Source of the DNA: Parcubacteria group bacterium Gr01-1014_13
Lineage (GTDB): Bacteria; Patescibacteriota; Patescibacteriia; Magasanikbacterales; GWA2-37-8
Reading direction: 5' to 3'
Assembly (NCBI GenBank): GCA_007376295.1
Contig: VMGB01000004.1
Span: 6,569 to 70,568, forward strand
Length of the DNA stretch: 64,000 nt
The notes under the pieces are model-generated. The model was given only the letters and a program-made list of their open reading frames with translations, searched no databases and had not been told where the DNA came from. The translations under genes were made by a program, and so were the position numbers. Positions 56,721 to 64,000 of this stretch are shown here, one piece after another. Every line of letters starts with the position of its first letter. Position 1 is the stretch's first letter.

Positions 56721-58544
56721 TTATTCAACGGTTACTGATTTAGCTAAATTTCTCGGTCTATCTACATCCCTGCCCAACGCTACAGCCAAGTGATAAGAAA
56801 AAAGCTGCAAAGGAATTACGTTTAAAAGTGGTTCCAAAACTTCCATGGTCGGCGGTACATAAATTATATCTTGAGCTAATTCGCTGGCTTTGTCATCGCC
56901 CTCGGTAGCCAACAAAATTATCGGCGCATGCCTGGCTTTCACTTCCTCTATGTTGCTACGCATTTTATCATACAACTGATTTTTGGTCATGATAGCAAAC
57001 ACAGGAAACTGTGGCGAGAGCAAAGCGATTGGTCCATGCTTCATCTCTCCTCCCGGATAGGCCTCGCTATGAATATATGTTATCTCTTTTAATTTTAGCG
57101 ACCCCTCTAAAGCGACAGGAAAATTTATACCACGTCCCAAAAAGAAAAAATCTCGACAATTTTGATATTTTTCCGCCAATTCTTTAATTTTATCGCTCTG
57201 CTGTAAAATAATTTGCATTTTTTCAGGAATTTCTTGCAAAGCATTAAGCAATCTTTGGCCGGTAGCTAAAGTAAGTTTATTTATTCTACCAAACTGCAAA
57301 GCGCATAATAGCAGTGCGGCTACCATATTAGTAAAAGCTTTGCTGGAAGCAACGGCCAACTCGGGGCCAGCATGGATATATACGCCGCCATCGGTTTCGC
57401 GGGCTATAGTGGAACCAACCACATTTACTATCCCGCGCACAAAAGCGCCTTTACGTTTTGCTTCTTTAAGAGCAGCCAAAGTATCGGCAGTTTCTCCGGA
57501 CTGGGAAATACCAAATACCAAAGTTTGACTATCTATAATCGGATCGCGATAACGAAATTCACTAGCAACATCTACTTCTGTAGGAATACCAGCCAAACGC
57601 TCGAACATATATTTTCCCACGAGCGCAGCATACGAAGCGGTGCCACAAGCAATTAAAACAACGCGTTTTACGCTGTGCATCTGTTCCAAACTCATATTCA
57701 ACCCGCCCAAATGTGCAATTCCATCTGCCAAATTGTAGCGGCCGCGGATAGCGTCAGCCATTACCGTGGGCTGATCAAAAATTTCCTTTAACATAAAATG
57801 AGGAAACCCTTGCTTTTGCGCTTGCGCTTCGTCCCATTCGATTTCTTCTACATGCTTAGCAACATTTATATCCTTCAAATTCACCGTATTCATCTGCTCT
57901 CTGCTTATTTCAGTCACTTCGCCATCGTCTAGAAAAATAACTTTTTTGGTATAAGCCAACATTGGTGAAGCGTCACTGCCGATATAGAATTCATTATCGC
58001 CAATACCCACTACCAGCGGACTTCCCATGCGCGCAGCAATTAGAGTATTGGGGTGATCGCTATGCATAACTACTAATCCGTAAGTACCGCGTACTCGCGC
58101 CAGAGCTTCAAGGACAGCTTTGCGTAAATCACCTTTATAATAAATTTCAATCAAATGGGCCAATACTTCGGAATCGGTTTCTGATTTATAAGTATGGCTA
58201 GCTCCTAATTCTTCCTTTAATTCACGGTAATTTTCAATGATGCCATTGTGCGCCAAAATAATTTTACCCGTACAATCCGCATGCGGATGAGCATTGGCTT
58301 CGGTGACTCCGCCATGAGTAGCCCAACGAGTATGAGCAATGCCGTAGGTTCCAGCTAAATCTTGGCCATTTAATTTTGTCGCCAGATTGTCTATTTTGCC
58401 AACCGATTTAGCCGACAAAAATTCGCCATTATTTAAAATAGCTACACCAGCGCTGTCATAGCCGCGATATTCTAAACGACGCAACCCATTAATTAAAATT
58501 GGCAGCGCGTTTTTATTTCCAATATAGGCTACAATCCCGCACAT
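56721..58544 (-). CDS. glmS: Glutamine--fructose-6-phosphate aminotransferase
   Basis: MCGIVAYIG N-terminal nucleophile. Two SIS domains. 607 aa. Confidence 0.95.
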   Translation of the reverse strand: MCGIVAYIGNKNALPILINGLRRLEYRGYDSAGVAILNNGEFLSAKSVGKIDNLATKLNGQDLAGTYGIAHTRWATHGGVTEANAHPHADCTGKIILAHNGIIENYRELKEELGASHTYKSETDSEVLAHLIEIYYKGDLRKAVLEALARVRGTYGLVVMHSDHPNTLIAARMGSPLVVGIGDNEFYIGSDASPMLAYTKKVIFLDDGEVTEISREQMNTVNLKDINVAKHVEEIEWDEAQAQKQGFPHFMLKEIFDQPTVMADAIRGRYNLADGIAHLGGLNMSLEQMHSVKRVVLIACGTASYAALVGKYMFERLAGIPTEVDVASEFRYRDPIIDSQTLVFGISQSGETADTLAALKEAKRKGAFVRGIVNVVGSTIARETDGGVYIHAGPELAVASSKAFTNMVAALLLCALQFGRINKLTLATGQRLLNALQEIPEKMQIILQQSDKIKELAEKYQNCRDFFFLGRGINFPVALEGSLKLKEITYIHSEAYPGGEMKHGPIALLSPQFPVFAIMTKNQLYDKMRSNIEEVKARHAPIILLATEGDDKASELAQDIIYVPPTMEVLEPLLNVIPLQLFSYHLAVALGRDVDRPRNLAKSVTVE

Positions 58545-58555
58545 GCTAATTTAAA

Positions 58556-59311
58556 TTAAAGAGTAAGCTTTCTTTTATCTGCTTCGGCCAATTCTGCCGG
58601 CGTATTAACCCCAAACCATTCACTATTATTTTTCAATTTAATTACCTGAACACCCAAATTATCTTTATTGGCTACAGCCAAAGCAGTTGGTAAACCGTAT
58701 TCACCAAGCTTACGTAGCGGAAGCATTGTAGGAAACATAGTTTCAAACCAATTTCTATCAAAACAAAAAGTGCCGCTGCTAATCTCTTTTATATTTTTTT
58801 GTTCATCAGTTAAATATTCTTTTTCAATAATTTCTACCCGGCCATCCTCGTACTTTATAATTCGTCCGTAAGATGACGGATCTTCCAATTCTACGGATAA
58901 CACCGAAACCACAGCTTTACTCTGTTGATGTTTGGTCAATAAATCCAAAATTGCTTCGGTAGAATAAAAGGCGCTGTCATCACCGTTGATGACCAGTACT
59001 GTCTTTATATTAAGAGGTAATTTTTGCATACCAACATATGCGGCATGCGCAGTACCTTTTAATTCTTCCTGCGACGCATAGATCGCTTCGTCACCAAAAT
59101 ATTCCCTTATCTTTTCTTGATGAAAACCAACCACCAAACAAATATTTTCTTTTGTAAAACCGCACTTTTTTAGAGTATCGATAATATAACTAACAATTGG
59201 CCGGCCGCCAATTTCGCACATTACTTTGGGCTTATCTGTACAGTTTAGGCGCGAACCTCGGCCAGCGGCGAGGATCACCACGCCTGTACTATTTAATTTG
59301 TTGCTTGACAT
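58556..59311 (-). CDS. Sugar-phosphate nucleotidyltransferase (GlmU N-terminal domain-like)
   Basis: VVILAAGRGSRL signature. Confidence 0.7.
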   Translation of the reverse strand: MSSNKLNSTGVVILAAGRGSRLNCTDKPKVMCEIGGRPIVSYIIDTLKKCGFTKENICLVVGFHQEKIREYFGDEAIYASQEELKGTAHAAYVGMQKLPLNIKTVLVINGDDSAFYSTEAILDLLTKHQQSKAVVSVLSVELEDPSSYGRIIKYEDGRVEIIEKEYLTDEQKNIKEISSGTFCFDRNWFETMFPTMLPLRKLGEYGLPTALAVANKDNLGVQVIKLKNNSEWFGVNTPAELAEADKRKLTL

Positions 59312-59786
59312 ATTGTTGTATCTCGATTAAAGATGAAAAATATGGCATTAAACTTAACTTATATTCTTCCTCCGGCCATCTTGGCGACATTTTTAAAATC
59401 GGTTTTAAACTAGGAAAATGCTGTATTATTTTTTTAGTCTCCTCTATTTTATCGTTTATAAACCAAATATCTTTTTCAGCCGTAAAATCGTTTAAAATTT
59501 TACTCACGGACAACTCTTTGTCCTCGGCAGTAATGTGGATTGAATGAAAAAATTTGGCTATACCGGTAATATCAATTTTCATTTTTTGCCAATTATCTTC
59601 ACCAAGACTTAATAAAACTATTGGCTGATTTGTTTCTTTTAAAAATTCTAAAAAAGAAATGGTTTCGGGAAATAAAAAATTTTTTATCTTCTCGCTTTCT
59701 TTATACAAATCTTCCGGTAAATTTGTTAATACTTGTTTAAAGCCATGAGTATCAAATAAAGTATCATCAAAATCTATGATAAACAT
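59289..59786 (-). CDS. HAD-like hydrolase (small)
   Basis: IIDFDDTLFD DxD motif I. Confidence 0.5.
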   Translation of the reverse strand: MFIIDFDDTLFDTHGFKQVLTNLPEDLYKESEKIKNFLFPETISFLEFLKETNQPIVLLSLGEDNWQKMKIDITGIAKFFHSIHITAEDKELSVSKILNDFTAEKDIWFINDKIEETKKIIQHFPSLKPILKMSPRWPEEEYKLSLMPYFSSLIEIQQYVKQQIK

Positions 59787-60595
59787 ATTTCAGAAATCGT
59801 CCCGAACCGGTCGGCGACGATAGTATTTAAAAATTCTTTCTTCTCTGAATCTGTTTTGTAATCGGATATTTCCTGCCACAAAGCCCGCCCGGCCAAAAAC
59901 CCAACCGCTCCGCTAACTACGGCTTCAGCCAATTGGTTTTCAAACACGACAAACTTTTCTCCGCGGGTAAGAAGAATCCACGGAGTTTTACCAACCAATT
60001 TTGTAATTTCTTCGCATGAAGATAAATCCCCGGGGTACTCCAATTTCCAGACATCAGGTACAACATCTTTCTGTAATAACATTTCTAGTGATCGCAGCAC
60101 CCACTGCGCTCGACTCTTCCCTAACTCTTCATTGCCATAAGTAACAATTTCTAAAAAGAAAGGCAGATCGTTTTCGTGCGCATCAGCCAATGCTTTGGCA
60201 GCAGTGGCGATTTGCTGATCACAAGTTTTTGATTCGGGATTAAAGTACAAAAGTAGTTTGGCGCCGCTAGCCCCCATCTCTTTTATACCAGCCGCCGTAT
60301 AGCCTAACTCGGTGACTCGATCGCCGGCTTTATCGGTATAGCCCGATTTTTCGAGCGGTAAAAGGTATGGTTTATTTCTATTTTTATACCCCGGCAAACC
60401 CCATTCCATGTCTAAAAGAACCCCGCTAAACTGGTCCTGCATGGACTGTATAATCATACCTTTGGTTTGGATGATTTCTTGGTCAGTCACCGCCTCTGGA
60501 TTAGTGGAATTTATATACTTCCTAAAACTACCCCTGTGATCCAGGGCTAGCATTAGATATTTACCGTTATTTTGGAAAGTTTTTAGGTTAATCAT
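59774..60595 (-). CDS. Class I aldolase of the LacD/DeoC family (tagatose/fructose-bisphosphate aldolase-like)
   Basis: YLMLALDHRGSF resembles the LacD MLALDQRGS motif. TIM-barrel length about 273 aa. Confidence 0.6.
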   Translation of the reverse strand: MINLKTFQNNGKYLMLALDHRGSFRKYINSTNPEAVTDQEIIQTKGMIIQSMQDQFSGVLLDMEWGLPGYKNRNKPYLLPLEKSGYTDKAGDRVTELGYTAAGIKEMGASGAKLLLYFNPESKTCDQQIATAAKALADAHENDLPFFLEIVTYGNEELGKSRAQWVLRSLEMLLQKDVVPDVWKLEYPGDLSSCEEITKLVGKTPWILLTRGEKFVVFENQLAEAVVSGAVGFLAGRALWQEISDYKTDSEKKEFLNTIVADRFGTISEICLS

Positions 60596-60650
60596 AATGA
60601 AATTTAATCAAAAGTACCTCTAGAATAACACAGAGAAAATCGAGCGTCAA

Positions 60651-60700
60651 TCAAATAAAAAAGCCGGTCATCTCTCTCTTTGCAGAGGTTGATGACCGGC
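60651..60700 (-). terminator. Strong terminator after the high-GC coiled-coil gene
   Basis: GCCGGTCATC...GATGACCGGC 10-bp stem then CTTTTTTATTTG on the minus strand. Confidence 0.7.
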
Positions 60701-60740
60701 TGGGTCCAGTTCGTACTGTCTCACGACAGGATGAACGTGG

Positions 60741-61946
60741 TTACTTCTTCTTGTTCTTATCCTTCTTCTTGGCCTGGCCGTTCTTCTTGCTCGCGTGAGC
60801 GGCGACCGTCTCGGGCTTCATGGTTCCGTGATGAGCCTTGCTCTCACGGTCCCTTTCGGCCTGAGCCTGAGCATCGATGGCATGCTGCTCGTGCAGAGCG
60901 TCGACAGCGATCTTGAAGGCCTCGTCCGTCATACCCGCGGCGCGGGCATAGATTTTCGCCGTCCGCTCTTCAGCCTCCTGACCCTTCGCCGAAACCATCC
61001 TGTGGGTAGCGGCGGTGGCGAAGATCTGATTGATATCGGAGGACGTCTGGTCATACTTCTTGGCCAGACGATTGGCCATCTTCTTGGCAGTCTCGTCACC
61101 CAGCTCAGGATTCGTCTCGATGAGGCGAACCTTCAGACTGTCAACGAACTCCTCGAAGCGCTGCCGTTCGGCTTCCTTCATAGCCTTCTCTTGCTCACGG
61201 GCGGCCTTCTCTTCAGCGGTCTCCACCTTGGGAGCCTGGGTCAGCCAAAAGAATCGGCTTCCCTCGGCCTCCATTTCGGTACGCATCGCATGGAAGTCGT
61301 CGGGCGACGTCTTGGCTTTCCTGGGATCATAGCCCCAGGCCGCCACGACTGCGGAGATATTATCGAAGATCGACTTCATATCCCGCTTGCGATTTTCCAA
61401 CGCTTCGCGATACTCCGAAAAGAGATCGTCCCTGTCCAACTCACGCTGAAGGTTTTTGTGCCAGAACGCGAGCCAGCCTCGGAACGTCACTGCCCGTTCC
61501 GGACTCTTGAACATGTCGTCGGGCAACCTTCCACCCAACTCCTTGCTCAGCTCGATGACAGCCGGCGGAATCTCCGAGGGCGGGAAGATGTCCGCGGCGA
61601 CCTTGCCGTTGACAGCGACATTGTCGATCCGCTCCTGCAGTTCCTCGGGAGAAAGCGGCGTCAAGCCGATGTTCTCACGAAACAGGGTAGCAAGCTTGGC
61701 GGCCTCCTCAGCCTTCTGCTTGTCCAGCTCCGCCTTCCGGCGGGCTGCTTCGGCTTGCTCTTTTTGCCTGAGCTCCTTCTGCGCCTTCATGCAATTCTGC
61801 TCGGCCAGATCCCTGACCCACTTGTACTTCTTTTCACGCAGAACATCTTCGGCCGTCAGCAGCTCGAGCTTGGAATCCTTGATGAACTGCTCCACGAACG
61901 CCTTGAGCTCCTCATTCGAAACAGACGACATCTGGATGATCGACAT
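60741..61946 (-). CDS. Hypothetical coiled-coil protein with Lys-rich C-terminal tail (401 aa), high GC
   Basis: Long ORF with Glu/Lys/Ala/Arg-rich heptad-like stretches. GC clearly higher than the flanking aldolase gene. Confidence 0.55.
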   Translation of the reverse strand: MSIIQMSSVSNEELKAFVEQFIKDSKLELLTAEDVLREKKYKWVRDLAEQNCMKAQKELRQKEQAEAARRKAELDKQKAEEAAKLATLFRENIGLTPLSPEELQERIDNVAVNGKVAADIFPPSEIPPAVIELSKELGGRLPDDMFKSPERAVTFRGWLAFWHKNLQRELDRDDLFSEYREALENRKRDMKSIFDNISAVVAAWGYDPRKAKTSPDDFHAMRTEMEAEGSRFFWLTQAPKVETAEEKAAREQEKAMKEAERQRFEEFVDSLKVRLIETNPELGDETAKKMANRLAKKYDQTSSDINQIFATAATHRMVSAKGQEAEERTAKIYARAAGMTDEAFKIAVDALHEQHAIDAQAQAERDRESKAHHGTMKPETVAAHASKKNGQAKKKDKNKKK

Positions 61947-62177
61947 TTTTATCCCCTTTTTTCAAAAAACGCAAACTTTTTTTAAGCCCCTTTATTCACA
62001 ATGCAAAATGCACTGTAAATGGAGCTGATGCAATTTTCGCTTAAAGCAAAATTACAACTAAGGATGATATCACAAAAATCGGGTTTTGTCAAGATGTGTA
62101 TTTTGGCTAATTTTATACAAAAAAAGAACCCTAACGCTTGTATTTCTACAGTGGGTTCTATGCGTGGATTTCTCCAA

Positions 62178-63170
62178 TTATGCGTATATGTGCCTTTCCT
62201 TCAGCCTAAATAGCTGGGACAAGATCACACTGGCGTAAGCTGAAGGTGGAAGATCAAAAGTAAAATTCCAACTTCCTGTCTTTTTGTTGGCCTTGAAATC
62301 TTTTGGCCGAACCATTGTCGGTCGATCCTTCTTGATAAGGAACTTGAAAACATCTGTTTCCAACTGAGAAGGATTCCAGAGATGTCTGTACATCTCCAAA
62401 ACCTTTTGATTTCTTGGGTTCCACATGGGCAACAGGTCGGGAACAGCGGGCCCAAGCTTATCTATCTGTTCTAGCAAAAGCTTGTTCCACAAATAGCTTT
62501 GCCATTTCTGAATCTCGAACCTGTACGAAAACCGGAAACTGGGGTGAGACAAAGCTCCTTTCCAGGATCCTCCGGCTTCTTGCATGGCTTGAGTCAATCC
62601 TTTAGCTCCCATCGTGGTAAGCATCAATTCGATAGCTTCCTCGGGTTTGCCTTCCAGGAAAAGGCGGCCGACATTTTCTGATCCTTCTTGGCGTCCTAGA
62701 CGCTGAGGTCCAAAAATGTTCGGGGCAGACTTTGCGGCAGCCAGATTAATCTGGTCTGCGTCGGAAATAACGGAAATATCAAACCGATTCCCGTAATGAT
62801 CTCCAGGCCGCAAAGGAACTTCTTGACCATACAATTGCACCAGACTGATGTCTGGATGAGAAAATGCATCTCGAAAATTTCCTCGCACACCAAGGTGTTG
62901 CGATGTTTTAGCTTGCTTATCCTTTAGACCCTGTACGGAAATGTCATCGAATCCGACATGGAGTTGCCGCGCCACTTCTTTCATGGCATCTTCGGTACTC
63001 CAACGGCGCTTCGACAGAACGAAGATGGTATAGGGATCACCCTCCCATCCTCGAATAAGTGATTCATCGCAGAACGAAACCGCACGAGGCGGATCCGATC
63101 CTACAATCTCTTGAACAACAAAAGATTCCGGGGTTGTTTTGTAGATCCCCTCAGGCAAATCATTGTTCAT
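62178..63170 (-). CDS. truD: tRNA pseudouridine synthase D
   Basis: VQGLKDKQAKTSQHLGV (catalytic Asp in GxKD) and NIFGPQRLG (NYFGxQRFG motif). Confidence 0.65.
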   Translation of the reverse strand: MNNDLPEGIYKTTPESFVVQEIVGSDPPRAVSFCDESLIRGWEGDPYTIFVLSKRRWSTEDAMKEVARQLHVGFDDISVQGLKDKQAKTSQHLGVRGNFRDAFSHPDISLVQLYGQEVPLRPGDHYGNRFDISVISDADQINLAAAKSAPNIFGPQRLGRQEGSENVGRLFLEGKPEEAIELMLTTMGAKGLTQAMQEAGGSWKGALSHPSFRFSYRFEIQKWQSYLWNKLLLEQIDKLGPAVPDLLPMWNPRNQKVLEMYRHLWNPSQLETDVFKFLIKKDRPTMVRPKDFKANKKTGSWNFTFDLPPSAYASVILSQLFRLKERHIYA

Positions 63171-63324
63171 GTTTCCTCCTAGTTTGAATTTGTCTACTAA
63201 ATTGTCAAAGGATGGTATATCCTAACATAAAAGTTAAACCCTGTCAACCCTACTTCTGGGATGAAAAAAAGAAAGACGTATGCTGTCTAGCAACACACGT
63301 CCTTAAGGTACGACTGAAATATAA

Positions 63325-63753
63325 CTACTTATTAGTATGACGCAGCTCTGGCGGCACGTCGAGCCACTTCGGCTCGTCATACCAGCGCTCACTGGGCATC
63401 TTTGGCTTGAGTTCCGAACTTGCCTTGATACGCTTCAGGAAATCCGGAATGCTAGTATCCTCCTCCTCAAGATCGAAGACATAACCGAGCCCCATCTGCT
63501 TGAGAATAGGCGACAATTGATCGTCTGGGTGGAATGGTTTTGGATTCGTTTTCTCCCAGTGCTCTATATCAAAGTAGATATAGAGATGCCCACACTTGCA
63601 CGCCCATTTGTCGTAGTGAGAACTACCCGGCAAAGGCTCGCCGTGGTTATCCCGAACAGCGATTGCGTTCGGCGCGACCTCCGCCATCTGGACGCATCGA
63701 TCGTCAAACCGCATGAGAAGCTGAAACAGACGACTCTGAAAGCTTGTCTTCAT
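63325..63753 (-). CDS. Hypothetical protein (142 aa), high-GC block
   Basis: ORF only, no recognisable motif. Confidence 0.4.
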   Translation of the reverse strand: MKTSFQSRLFQLLMRFDDRCVQMAEVAPNAIAVRDNHGEPLPGSSHYDKWACKCGHLYIYFDIEHWEKTNPKPFHPDDQLSPILKQMGLGYVFDLEEEDTSIPDFLKRIKASSELKPKMPSERWYDEPKWLDVPPELRHTNK

Positions 63754-64000
63754 GACCGTTCCTTTCTGATGGCCACCCTTTCGGATGCCATCTTTTTAGT
63801 TTTACAATTTCTGCCACCATAATTACTATGCAAATATATAATAATCAAGGCAGCAGAAACTGCTATAAAAAGAACAACAAAACAGTATACCACAAAACAT
63901 GGCTGTTGTCAATATTTTGGGTACAAAAAAAGACCATTGTCCTGGCGACGGCCTACTTTTGCCTTGCGGCTATCATCGGCGCTGAGAGGCTTGACTGCTG

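Noticed and set aside
60795-61985. 396-aa plus-strand ORF
   Set aside because: Exactly antisense to the high-GC coiled-coil gene. Translation is low-complexity (Leu/Gly/Arg-rich) with no SD. The minus-strand frame has a proper terminator and coiled-coil periodicity.
1-64000. Search for CRISPR arrays, rRNA genes, additional tRNAs, transposases or integrases
   Set aside because: No direct-repeat/spacer periodicity, no rRNA-like conserved stretches and no recombinase motifs were seen. Only one tRNA (Leu-GAG) was recognised by its T-arm GGTTCGAATCC.

Overview
Gene-dense, mostly minus-strand chromosomal window from a low-GC bacterium that looks like a Patescibacteria/CPR genome (small proteins, frequent AAGGAG Shine-Dalgarno sites, standard genetic code with TGA as stop). 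No rRNA, CRISPR array or transposase was found; one tRNA-Leu(GAG) is present.

The backbone is housekeeping. It comprises smc (5' end only), a DHH/DHHA1 phosphoesterase, clpP, a VanW-family protein, Hsp20, sodA, mutM, murF, ftsI, gpsA, ndk, a methyltransferase, a DAGK-like lipid kinase, bactofilin, a sensor histidine kinase, and a valS-tyrS-argS operon. Following these are a lower-glycolysis cluster (two tandem gpmI copies, eno, pgk, then gap further on) carrying a SIMPL-domain protein, a D-Ala-D-Ala carboxypeptidase, scpAB and aspS inside it, and then tsf-rpsB, a SucC/SucD-like pair with a truncated citrate-synthase-like gene, a YvcK/CofD-like protein, a SemiSWEET transporter, glmS, a sugar nucleotidyltransferase and a class I aldolase.

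Several blocks have visibly higher GC by eye and read as accessory or foreign (roughly 690-2120, 40100-43900, 45990-48500, 49540-50170, 60650-63760). Most are bounded by near-consensus sigma70 promoters and strong hairpin terminators.

The items most worth a second look:
- A strongly promoted operon of three overlapping tiny transmembrane peptides, next to a palindromic operator, inside a high-GC island.
- A paralogous pair of Cys/His-motif proteins of unknown family.
- An orphan ~270-nt promoter-to-terminator unit with no ORF (candidate ncRNA).
- A nitroreductase-like, E1/ThiF-like and GNAT-like trio attached to the aminoacyl-tRNA synthetase operon.
- A split ATP-citrate-lyase-like cluster (citryl-CoA synthetase plus citryl-CoA lyase).
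- Two large paralogous surface proteins with FN3-like repeats and C-terminal peptidoglycan-binding domains.

Every functional call rests on motif recognition by eye. No database search or structure prediction was run.
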